Source: Candidatus Auribacterota bacterium | Lineage (GTDB): Bacteria; Auribacterota; UBA6266 | DNA: 10,836 nucleotides | Direction: 5' to 3' | Assembly: GCA_023136205.1 (NCBI GenBank) | Contig: JAGLRQ010000090.1 | Span: forward strand, 1 to 10,836 | Part shown: positions 1 to 7,468 of the stretch, in pieces | How the letters are laid out: each line of letters starts with the position of its first letter | How positions within the stretch are numbered: the stretch's first letter is position 1 | Position numbers and translations under genes: made by a program | The notes under the pieces: model-generated | The model's database searches: none | What the model was told of the DNA's origin: nothing | The model's input: the letters and a program-made list of their open reading frames with translations, nothing else

Positions 1-1408
1 TGGCAGCATCACACCACTGGAGATCATCTATAAAAAGTGTCAAAGGATTTTCTTCTCCAGCCAGACAGGTTAAAAATTTACTAAAAAAGCTGTTAAAGCG
101 GTTTTTTGATTCTACCGGCGGCAGCTGCTTGATTTCCGGCTGAGGCCCAATTAATATCTCCAGTTCCGGAATAACATCTGTTATTACTTTCCCGTTAGTT
201 CCGACAGCTTCGAGTATTTTCTGTTTCCAGGCTTTAACCCTTTCATCACTTTCTGTCAAAAATGTCCTGATTAAGTTCCGTAAACTCTGGATCAAGGCAC
301 TGTAAGGAATATTCTTCTGGTAAAGATCGAATTTCCCTGAAGTAAAATATCCCTTGTGTTCCACAATTGGTTTCTGAAGTTCTTGAATCAGGCGGGTCTT
401 ACCAATACCGGGAAGCCCGGAAATAAACGAAGTGCGGAAAGAACCATTAGCTGCTTGACTACATTCATTCAAAATTGTCTTTGTCTCATCATCACGCCCA
501 ACCATTTTTGAAACAAAGGTAACTCTATGGGTATAGTCATACCTGCCCAAAGGAAACTCTGAGACACCCTCTCCGGCTGAATATTCATTACTGCATTGCG
601 AAATATCAGCAAGCAGTCCGGCTCCGCTCTGGTAACGTTTTTCAGGCTGTTTAAGAATCAGCATGGCAACCATCTTACTAACCATTCCGGGAATTTCATG
701 ATTTAATTTACTAACCTCTACGGCCTCTTCCGCCAGATGAAAATGTATTAGTTCCAGAGGATCGAGAGAAAAAAAGGGAAGTTTCCCGGTTAACAATTCA
801 TAAAAAACAATCCCCAAAGAATAGAGGTCGGAAGAAAAACCGACTCTGTGATTTATGCGCCCGGTCTGTTCCGGAGAGGTATATGCCAAAGTCCCCTCAA
901 CAAAAGAATGCTCGTAGATAAAATGGCTTACTTCCCTAACATCAAGGCTGGTTATAAAATCAATTAAACGAATAGTAAGACTTTCAGGATGAATCAATAT
1001 ATTGTGAGGCTTAACGCCCCCATGAATAATTCCGGCTTCGTGAACTTGATGCAGTGCCCGCGCTAATAAAGAACTAATAGTAAAAAAATTATCAAGAGAA
1101 ATTTTCGTTTGGCCGGCGGCCCATTCATTTAGAGGAATACCTTCAAAATAGTCCCTGGCAATAAACTGGATATTTCCTTTTTCCTCAAAAAACAAAGGGG
1201 TTATAAGCAAAGGATTATTTAAAATTTTCAGCTGTTCGACTTTTTGCTGGAAATGCAGTTTTTGATGTTCAGAAAGATATCCTGCTTTTAAAACTTTTAC
1301 AACCAAAGGTTTCTTGGGATGTTTGTTATGAAATGCTTTATAGACAACTGCCTGGGGACTCTCACCAAGCTTTTGGATAACTTGATAATTAGTTAGTTCC
1401 TCAAGCAT
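1..1408 (-). CDS. Ser/Thr protein-kinase-like domain fused to an AAA_16/STAND-type P-loop ATPase. Only the N-terminal ~469 aa are present; the C-terminus runs off the left edge.
   Basis: This ORF is absent from the track because it is open at the window edge. I translated the minus strand by hand from the ATG at 1408. A GGAGGAGG RBS sits at 1416-1423, 7 nt upstream. The reading frame stays open to position 1. Translation: MLEELTNYQVIQKLGESPQAVVYKAFHNKHPKKPLVVKVLK...AGIIHGGVKPHNILI...IRLIDFITS...GTLAYTSPEQTGR...FISGLPGIGKTRLIQELQKP...GKFDLYQKNIPYSALIQSLRNLI...NPLTLFIDDLQWCDAA. This gives a kinase fold (VAIK-like K, SPEQ) followed by Walker A (GLPGIGKT) and Walker B (LFIDDLQW). That arrangement is typical of the large kinase/AAA/GAF/HK-type multidomain sensors. 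Confidence 0.85.
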   Translation of the reverse strand, partial: MLEELTNYQVIQKLGESPQAVVYKAFHNKHPKKPLVVKVLKAGYLSEHQKLHFQQKVEQLKILNNPLLITPLFFEEKGNIQFIARDYFEGIPLNEWAAGQTKISLDNFFTISSLLARALHQVHEAGIIHGGVKPHNILIHPESLTIRLIDFITSLDVREVSHFIYEHSFVEGTLAYTSPEQTGRINHRVGFSSDLYSLGIVFYELLTGKLPFFSLDPLELIHFHLAEEAVEVSKLNHEIPGMVSKMVAMLILKQPEKRYQSGAGLLADISQCSNEYSAGEGVSEFPLGRYDYTHRVTFVSKMVGRDDETKTILNECSQAANGSFRTSFISGLPGIGKTRLIQELQKPIVEHKGYFTSGKFDLYQKNIPYSALIQSLRNLIRTFLTESDERVKAWKQKILEAVGTNGKVITDVIPELEILIGPQPEIKQLPPVESKNRFNSFFSKFLTCLAGEENPLTLFIDDLQWCDAA

Positions 1409-1488
1409 ATTCGTTCCTCCTCCCCCGCGAAACACTTAACGCATCATAACATAAAACCATACAAAAAGAAACACATAGAACCTGACAC

Positions 1489-2841
1489 CTAACTGTTATA
1501 AACAAAAACCTGATTCCTACCCCCTCTCTTAGCGCTATAAAGAGCTTTATCCGCTAAGGCAATCAAGCCTTCCGCGTCTTCGGCATCGTCAGGAGATGAA
1601 GCAACTCCAATACTTATAGTAAGGTCCATTTTCCCCTGCTGGACTAAAAAATCATGTTTCATCATTCTTCTTCTCATACGTTCGGCTGTTTTATAAGCGC
1701 TATCCTTGGAAGTATCAGGAAGCGCGACACAAAATTCCTCCCCCCCATAACGCCCAAGGAGGTCCCCCTGCCTTGCCCTGTCCTTCAAGACAGACGCCAG
1801 TTCCTTCAGTAAAATGTCTCCTACGAGATGCCCATATGTATCGTTGTATCTCTTGAAATGGTCTATGTCAACCATAAGAAAAGAAAGAGGAAGCCCTGTT
1901 TTTTTAGTTCTTAGCAATTCTGAATCTAATCTTTTCATAAAATATCTTCTCAGGTAAAGCCCTGTAAGCCCATCTATAATCGAAAGCTCTTTTATCTTTT
2001 CATAAAGGGATGCCTTTCTTATCTCCAAGCTGGCATCAGCAATAAGAATTTTTACATTATTAAGGGCTTCAAACTCCACATCCCTGAATAAAAGGCCGCC
2101 AAGGACATCTCTTTTATCCACAATAGGAATTGCAATAAGGTTTTTTCCACCTACAATCTCTTCGGGTTCACCGCTCTTAAATGTTCCTTCAGCATCCTCA
2201 TATACTACATCTTTTTGCTTTTTCATAACATCAAGGATACGTTTTTCGTTCTCTTCAAGCTGTTTATCTGCCGCGTTTCCGCTCTTAAGGTCTATTAATT
2301 CAGGGCCGTCCGAATCTTTCATATCTTTATATATAATCATCTTACCGGAGCTAAAATCCGCTATATTTCCTATTGTTCGCGCGCACTCGGTAAAAGTCTG
2401 TTTGCTATCCAGGGTGGAGCTCATAGCTATTAAGCCTGTATAAAGCTTTTTAACTTTATTAACTTCCTCTCTTTTCTTTTCATTTTCAAATTTTTTTACC
2501 CTATAATCAGCTGACATTGCTTCGTACTTTTCACGCGCCTCTCTGTAATCAGAAAAATTAGTTTTTGCCTTCAGCAAATACTTATTCTTATAAAAATACA
2601 GGATAACAATAAGCATTATAAAATAACACATTGTAAGGCCTATAAACCACGGAGCCTCTGTATAAAATACCTCATCATCAAACATCTTGAACATTAAGAA
2701 TATAATCACATGAGAGGAAGCTATGAACGTAATAAGAGATGCCCACCGGAAGCTGTAGAACAACCCTATAGCCATTATTAAAACAGTATAAAAAGGTATT
2801 GCAAAAAACAGATTCAGGCTTAAAGATATTTCCTGATTCAT
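1489..2841 (-). CDS. Membrane-bound diguanylate cyclase (N-terminal TM helices, coiled coil, GAF-like region, GGDEF domain with a GGEEF active site and an RxxD I-site).
   Basis: The track ORF is 1489..2868, but its first codon is TTG. The in-frame ATG at 2841 (MNQEISLSL...) is preceded by GGAG with 5-nt spacing, so I prefer 2841. GGDEF hallmarks are DGLTGLYLRRYF, MVDIDHFKRYNDTYGHLVGD and RYGGEEFCVALP. RQGD lies exactly 5 residues upstream of GGEEF, the canonical inhibitory I-site position. Hydrophobic N-terminal segments are present (LFFAIPFYTVLIMAIGLFY, LITFIASSHVIIFLMF, WFIGLTMCYFIMLIVILYF). Confidence 0.9.
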   Translation of the reverse strand: MNQEISLSLNLFFAIPFYTVLIMAIGLFYSFRWASLITFIASSHVIIFLMFKMFDDEVFYTEAPWFIGLTMCYFIMLIVILYFYKNKYLLKAKTNFSDYREAREKYEAMSADYRVKKFENEKKREEVNKVKKLYTGLIAMSSTLDSKQTFTECARTIGNIADFSSGKMIIYKDMKDSDGPELIDLKSGNAADKQLEENEKRILDVMKKQKDVVYEDAEGTFKSGEPEEIVGGKNLIAIPIVDKRDVLGGLLFRDVEFEALNNVKILIADASLEIRKASLYEKIKELSIIDGLTGLYLRRYFMKRLDSELLRTKKTGLPLSFLMVDIDHFKRYNDTYGHLVGDILLKELASVLKDRARQGDLLGRYGGEEFCVALPDTSKDSAYKTAERMRRRMMKHDFLVQQGKMDLTISIGVASSPDDAEDAEGLIALADKALYSAKRGGRNQVFVYNS

Positions 2842-2934
2842 CTTATCTCCGTATTTCTTATCTGGCAAAAAACAGTATCTCGTCCCCTCCGGGGAGGCTA
2901 CGCTACGCTCCGCACCATCTCGTAGAAAAAGATA

Positions 2935-2955
2935 GTAAAAAACACAGTTTTTTAC
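2935..2955. repeat. Perfect 9-bp inverted repeat GTAAAAAAC-N3-GTTTTTTAC in the spacer between the two diguanylate cyclase genes. It may be a weak intrinsic terminator on the minus strand or a protein-binding palindrome.
   Basis: Read directly at 2935-2943 and 2947-2955. On the minus strand the hairpin is followed by TATCTTTTTCT (2934 down to 2924). The stem is AU-rich, so its stability is low. The existence of the repeat is certain; its function is not. Confidence 0.55.
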
Positions 2956-2996
2956 CCGTGTTAATCTGCGGCCCTTTTTACTTTATTCTTCTTTCA

Positions 2997-4442
2997 TCAC
3001 TGCTTACTTTTGTACAAAATCGACCTGTTTTTCCCCATATCCTTTGCCTTGTAAAGGCTGTCATCTGCCGCTTTAATAAGGCCCTCAGAAGTTTTTAACG
3101 AAGGCGTGTTCTCCGCGACACCCGCGCTGACGGTAACCTTTATGTTTTCCTCTCTTATTAATTCTTCAGAGGACGCAATCGTCCGGCAAATATTTGATAT
3201 GAGCTCCTGTGAGGTTTCACCATCAGAGCCCGGTAAAACTACGGAAAACTCTTCCCCTCCATACCTTGCAACCAATCCCTTAGTGCCTATTAATCTTTGC
3301 AGTTGGGAAGACACATTTTTAAGAATAATGTCTCCCACAATATGTCCATGCTTATCATTAAACAGTTTAAAGTCGTCTATATCCAGCATAATAAGCGAAA
3401 GCGGAACTTTTTTCGTATAGCAATCATCTATAATTTCAGGAAGTTTCGCCCTGAAAAAACCCGCCGTATATAATCCCGTTAATCCATCTCTTATAGCCAG
3501 TTGGGTAGTCGTTTCATAAAGATGGGAGTTATAAAAAGCAAGAGCAGAGAGGTTCGCGATAATAGCCAGAATCCTCAAATCATCAACTGAATAGATATCC
3601 GGGTCTTCATTGCTTATTTTTAATATTCCCATAATCCTGTTACCGGTTATAAGCGGCGAAGCAATAAGGCTCCTTGCGGCACTCTCATATTTCCTCCCGA
3701 ATCTAAAATCCCGATGAAGATCAGCAATGTGAACTGACTGGCGGCTCCTAAATACCCATTGGTTTAACTTATCTTCTTCTAAATAAGTAAACTCTGCCGT
3801 TTTTGCCCTGTGGACATTCATACCACGGAGCTCAAGACGTTTCATATCTTCTCCAAGTAAATATAATTGATACATACCAGGTTTCTGGATAATCTGTATT
3901 GTATTCTTGGTAACTTTTTTAATCAGTTCTTCGTTGTTCAGCGACACACCGATATCTTTTGAAATTTCCCTCAGCTTGGATATTCTTAAAATTTTTCTAT
4001 CAAGAGATTCTTCTAAAACTTTCTCTCTGTTAAATTCTTCAATAAGTGTATTTGTTGACTCATTAATATCATCCGTTTTCATTTTTACCGCGTACTCTTC
4101 AACATGCTCCTTATTCCAGAACTTACACAATAGCCCCCCTATAAATATAAATGCTATTCCGTTAGCCAGAAAGCTCCAATCATGAAATACAAACAACGTA
4201 AACACCGCGACAAGAAAAGCTATTCCTAAAAAGATGCCTCCGACAATATTACCCATAAATAACCATGCGGCACAAATAATAAGCATATAAAAAACCACGG
4301 CAAAATACGCATAGTAATAGTATCCGGCTTTTGTAACTTCGGGGTTATTAAAATAAGCTACTGAAATTGAAAATACAATATAGGTAAGGGCCAGCGCGGA
4401 AATTACAGCAACAACTTTCAAATATCTCTCTTTTAATGCCAC
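2997..4442 (-). CDS. Membrane-bound diguanylate cyclase (multi-TM N-terminus, coiled coil, GAF domain, GGDEF domain with GGEEF, no RxxD I-site).
   Basis: 481-aa ORF with a GTG start at 4442, preceded by GGAGG with 7-nt spacing. GGDEF hallmarks are RDGLTGLYTAGFF, MLDIDDFKLFNDKHGHIVGD and RYGGEEFSVVLP. The I-site position reads GTKG, not RxxD. The N-terminal ~110 aa are strongly hydrophobic (about 4 TM segments). The central region (LYLLGED...IASPLITGNRIMGILKISNEDP) looks GAF-like. The architecture matches the downstream paralog at 1489..2841. Confidence 0.9.
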   Translation of the reverse strand: MALKERYLKVVAVISALALTYIVFSISVAYFNNPEVTKAGYYYYAYFAVVFYMLIICAAWLFMGNIVGGIFLGIAFLVAVFTLFVFHDWSFLANGIAFIFIGGLLCKFWNKEHVEEYAVKMKTDDINESTNTLIEEFNREKVLEESLDRKILRISKLREISKDIGVSLNNEELIKKVTKNTIQIIQKPGMYQLYLLGEDMKRLELRGMNVHRAKTAEFTYLEEDKLNQWVFRSRQSVHIADLHRDFRFGRKYESAARSLIASPLITGNRIMGILKISNEDPDIYSVDDLRILAIIANLSALAFYNSHLYETTTQLAIRDGLTGLYTAGFFRAKLPEIIDDCYTKKVPLSLIMLDIDDFKLFNDKHGHIVGDIILKNVSSQLQRLIGTKGLVARYGGEEFSVVLPGSDGETSQELISNICRTIASSEELIREENIKVTVSAGVAENTPSLKTSEGLIKAADDSLYKAKDMGKNRSILYKSKQ

Positions 4443-4457
4443 CAGCCTTCCTCCATT

Positions 4458-4488
4458 AAAAAAAAGCGAGTGTATTTAATCCACTCGC
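4458..4488 (-). terminator. Rho-independent terminator downstream of the ABC ATPase gene.
   Basis: The minus strand reads GCGAGTG-GATTAAATA-CACTCGC followed by TTTTTTTT. The stem is at 4482-4488/4466-4472 and the U-tract at 4458-4465. It has 7 perfect base pairs, a 9-nt loop and an 8-U tail, and lies 32 nt after the TAA stop at 4520. Confidence 0.85.
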
Positions 4489-4519
4489 GCATATCATTTT
4501 CTTTTAGGATTTTTTGATA

Positions 4520-5623
4520 TTATACAATTGTGTTCTCTGTATCAATATCAAAAAAATGGGCGCCATTCATGTTTAACACAAGTTCCAAATCCTGATTAAC
4601 CTCAGCTTTTTCGTGTGAATTAACCCTTGCTATAAATGGATTTGTTCCGGTATTAAGATAGAGATATACTTCCGAACCCATAGGCTCAATCACCTCAACG
4701 GTAGCGGTAATCGTAGCCTCAGGATCCGCACTTCCCATAAAAAGCTTATCAAATATGTCTTCCGGCCTTATCCCGAAAGTAATCTTTTTACCGGCATAAC
4801 CTGCCAGTTTTGGTGTCATATCATTCACTATTCTCACCTTAAAATTACCCTCATCAAAATAAAGGCCGCCTTTTTCAGCAATAATTGTTCCCGTCATAAA
4901 ATTCATTGGCGGGCTCCCAATAAATCCCGCGACAAATTTGTTCTGCGGATGTTCGTAAAGAGTAATGGGATCCGCTACCTGTTGGATAAAACCGTCTTTC
5001 ATTACTACTATGCGGTTACCCATAGTCATAGCTTCCACCTGGTCATGAGTAACATATATCATTGTAGACTGAAGCCTTGTATGAAGTTTTGAAATTTCAG
5101 TCCTCATCTGAATTCTTAACTTAGCATCCAGATTTGACAGGGGTTCATCGAAAAGGAATGCTTTCGGTTTTCTGACTATCGCGCGGCCTACAGCAACTCT
5201 CTGCCGCTGTCCGCCGGAAAGGGCCCTGGGTTTCCTGTCAAGCAAGGTATTTATGCCAAGAATTTCCGATGCTTCCCGTACCCTCTTCTCTATTTCATCC
5301 TTCGAATACTTTCTAAGCTTTAGCCCGAATGCCATGTTCTTATATACTGTCATATGAGGATAGAGAGCATAGTTTTGAAAAACCATCGCTATATTTCTAT
5401 CCTTGGGGGGAATATTATTAACAATCTGGTTATCAATAGTAATTGAACCCGAGGTAATATCTTCAAGCCCCGCTATCATTCTTAACGTAGTGGATTTCCC
5501 ACATCCGGAAGGCCCGACAAGCACTAAAAAGTCCTTATCAGCAATTTCCAGGTTAGCTTCTTGAACAGCAACTACGTTGCCGGGATAAACTTTTTTTACA
5601 TTTTTAATGACAACCCTTGCCAT
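4520..5623 (-). CDS. ABC transporter ATP-binding protein, carbohydrate-importer type (MalK/UgpC/MsmX family), with a C-terminal regulatory (TOBE-like) domain.
   Basis: 367-aa ORF with an ATG at 5623 preceded by AGGAGG. Motifs present: Walker A GPSGCGKST, Q-loop VFQNYALYPH, signature LSGGQRQR, Walker B AFLFDEPLSNLD, H-loop IYVTHD. The family-typical FIGSPPMNF precedes the C-terminal beta-rich domain. No permease or solute-binding gene is adjacent in this window. Confidence 0.93.
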   Translation of the reverse strand: MARVVIKNVKKVYPGNVVAVQEANLEIADKDFLVLVGPSGCGKSTTLRMIAGLEDITSGSITIDNQIVNNIPPKDRNIAMVFQNYALYPHMTVYKNMAFGLKLRKYSKDEIEKRVREASEILGINTLLDRKPRALSGGQRQRVAVGRAIVRKPKAFLFDEPLSNLDAKLRIQMRTEISKLHTRLQSTMIYVTHDQVEAMTMGNRIVVMKDGFIQQVADPITLYEHPQNKFVAGFIGSPPMNFMTGTIIAEKGGLYFDEGNFKVRIVNDMTPKLAGYAGKKITFGIRPEDIFDKLFMGSADPEATITATVEVIEPMGSEVYLYLNTGTNPFIARVNSHEKAEVNQDLELVLNMNGAHFFDIDTENTIV

Positions 5624-5689
5624 CAGGTTCCTCCTTTAATAAATACAGCGGGCAGACACATTGCCCTTTTACTTCTATCGTCAACACGG

Positions 5690-5742
5690 ATTATAGCACC
5701 TGCAAAACTGAAATGGTAGCACTATTTCTCGCGGATTGTCAA
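5690..5742 (-). promoter_or_regulatory. Candidate sigma70-type promoter(s) for the ABC ATPase gene.
   Basis: The minus strand carries TTGACA (5737-5742), an 18-nt spacer and TACCAT (5713-5718). Downstream there is an extended -10, TGcTATAAT (TATAAT at 5690-5695, TG at 5697-5698), with a poor -35. Motif match only; there is no experimental support. Confidence 0.3.
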
Positions 5743-5861
5743 AGCAATACCGTTTGTACTGCTTGTATATTGTATTTAGTATCCGGTACATAAGGAATTA
5801 AGCTTTTATGTATATCCCCCCGCCATAAATGGCAAGGCTTTCTAACGGAGTAAAAAACCAC

Positions 5862-6797
5862 TTATCTGATCCCTACAGTTTCATCTACAGTACAGCGGCT
5901 GGTTTCCGCGGCCTGCCATTCCTTATATGCTTCTTTCAAATATTTCTTCTGAGTACTGGTGGTGGGAGACTTTTTTGATTTTATATAAAAGTCCAGGGCA
6001 TGGAAATACGCTTTAAGGCAAACATAATATCCCCTGCTTAATTTCTTGCTTATCTGCAACAGCTTATTCCCTAAAACTTCCACATCTTTTATGTTTTTGA
6101 AAGGAGGATTTTCGGGATTATCCCAAACAAGCTCATCCAGTAACTTTGCAAGATATTCGCTGCTTTCCCGCGGAGAAAGCTGTTTCTGGGATCTTTCAAT
6201 TTCTCTAATTCTATCTGCCTTTAACTCTGCTTTTCTTTTAATCATTTCAGCCATTCTATTTCTTCTTTCTTCCCTGGCCATCCACCGGCCTTTATATTTA
6301 ACCAAACCTCTGTTTTTTTGCTGCTCTTCAAATCTTTTCACCAGCTCAGTTTTTTTCTGAAACAATATTTCAAGATTCTTTTTATTTTTCTCAGACATCG
6401 GAATTATTTCATTGATTTTCTCCTGCCTAAACTTCAAAAGGCCGGAACCGGACAAAAATTTCACGTCTTCACCAGTTTCCTCAAGAATTCTGCCGTCAAA
6501 CTCAATACCGTTTTTCATAACAATTTTATCCCGCGCAATACTTTCAGAAATCTCCTTTATCTTTGTAAGAATCAAACGATATTCCGTTGTGGTTATTTCA
6601 CCCTCCGGAATTTCTACCAGCAAATTCTTTTTCTCTGTTTCTTCTTTGATTCCTGTCTTTTCTTTTTCTGCCGGTTTTCTCTCAGGACCCTGCCCCGCCG
6701 CTGACTCTCCGCAAATAGACAACCAACACATAAATACAATACAAAGCAAAAACCCAAATTTTAAGCTGATTTTTTTGTTTCCAGACACAATAAACAT
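5862..6797 (-). CDS. Hypothetical secreted or lipid-anchored protein, K/E-rich with predicted coiled-coil segments.
   Basis: 311-aa ORF. The N-terminus KKISLKFGFLLCIVFMCWLSICGESAAG looks like a signal peptide with a non-canonical lipobox-like LSIC. The rest is highly charged (EKEKTGIKEETEKK, RRNRMAEMIKRKAELKADRIREIERSQ). I recognise no catalytic motif. The start is uncertain: the ATG at 6797 has AAGG directly abutting it, and the GTG three codons in has better spacing. Confidence 0.65.
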   Translation of the reverse strand: MFIVSGNKKISLKFGFLLCIVFMCWLSICGESAAGQGPERKPAEKEKTGIKEETEKKNLLVEIPEGEITTTEYRLILTKIKEISESIARDKIVMKNGIEFDGRILEETGEDVKFLSGSGLLKFRQEKINEIIPMSEKNKKNLEILFQKKTELVKRFEEQQKNRGLVKYKGRWMAREERRNRMAEMIKRKAELKADRIREIERSQKQLSPRESSEYLAKLLDELVWDNPENPPFKNIKDVEVLGNKLLQISKKLSRGYYVCLKAYFHALDFYIKSKKSPTTSTQKKYLKEAYKEWQAAETSRCTVDETVGIR

Positions 6798-6964
6798 CCT
6801 TGGTTATATGGATTATTTAATTCATTTATCTTCTACCACAAATTGGGCGTTTTTGCCATAACTTTCACCCAAAATTCGCGTTAGAAAACAATACTTATCA
6901 AAACACTCTGTAAATATCGCCCTTAGCTAAAAAGTAATGTGACAAAGAAAGGCCGAATGTATAA

Positions 6965-7468
6965 TTACTCCTGGCCTACATACTGGGGAAGTTCGATAAA
7001 ATCCACTGATTTCAAATGCGCGGAATTACATTGAGGACATCGGATTTCCGCACAGAAATTCGCTGTCCTCAAATCCATGGGATCAATTATTTCTCCGGAA
7101 AGAGTCATTATCTTCCATTTCTCTGTATGCTTTCTTTTGTTATAAGAGAGTATTATCTTATAGCCTTCAAACTCTGTTCCGCATTCCAAACACTTGAAGA
7201 ATGCCGTTATATAAAACGCCTTCTTTTTACACTTTGGACATTCTCTGGGAGATGTATTAAAGTCGTCCTCCATCAGAAACTGACACAATTTGCATTCCCA
7301 TATCACAGGCGCTTTAAGTTTTTTCCTTTCCAATAGAACAGGTTTTGCCATCGAGAAAAGAATTGCCAGGCTAACAATCATTATGGCGGTAAGCACCGAC
7401 AAAGGATTAACTTTCTGCTTATTCGTTTTTTGTTTCCGCTTATCTTGCGACTGGGATAATGTTGTCAT
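6965..7468 (-). CDS. Small single-pass membrane protein with two predicted zinc-ribbon modules (four CxxC knuckles).
   Basis: The track ORF is 6965..7525, but it starts on GTG deep inside the upstream gene. I prefer the ATG at 7468 (MTTLSQSQDKRKQKTNKQK...), which overlaps the pseudopilin stop (7440) by 29 nt. No convincing RBS precedes any candidate start, so the start is uncertain. Features are a basic N-terminus, the TM helix LSVLTAIMIVSLAILFSMA, then CKLC-x14-CPKC and CLEC-x42-C-x4-CPQC. Confidence 0.6.
   Translation of the reverse strand: MTTLSQSQDKRKQKTNKQKVNPLSVLTAIMIVSLAILFSMAKPVLLERKKLKAPVIWECKLCQFLMEDDFNTSPRECPKCKKKAFYITAFFKCLECGTEFEGYKIILSYNKRKHTEKWKIMTLSGEIIDPMDLRTANFCAEIRCPQCNSAHLKSVDFIELPQYVGQE

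Noticed and set aside
2842-2868. TTG-initiated first nine codons of the downstream cyclase ORF.
   Set aside because: The in-frame ATG at 2841 has a well-spaced GGAG RBS, whereas the TTG has none.
2897-2909. Short tandem pentamer GCTAC-GCTAC-GCT, next to a CCCCTCCGGGGAGG quasi-palindrome.
   Set aside because: It has only about 2.6 copies of a 5-mer. The palindrome allows just a 4-bp stem with a usable loop. This is likely chance sequence in an intergenic spacer.
5650-5670. Plus-strand hairpin GGGCA-N7-TGCCC followed by TTTT, which resembles a terminator.
   Set aside because: The stem has only 5 bp and no plus-strand gene lies upstream to terminate. It falls within the predicted 5' leader of the ABC gene on the other strand, where it has no U-tract.
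5818-5837. Minus-strand hairpin CCUUGCCA-UUUA-UGGCGGGG about 25 nt after the stop of the 311-aa gene.
   Set aside because: It is a reasonable 8-bp stem (two G-U pairs) but is followed by GGAUAUACAU, not a U-tract. I cannot support calling it an intrinsic terminator.
6843-6872. Minus-strand hairpin UUGGGUG-N16-CGCCCAA followed by UUUGUGG, between the zinc-ribbon gene and the 311-aa gene.
   Set aside because: It has a large 16-nt loop, only three U residues after the stem and one G-U pair. That is too weak to call a terminator, so it stays open whether the 311-aa gene is co-transcribed with the upstream cassette.
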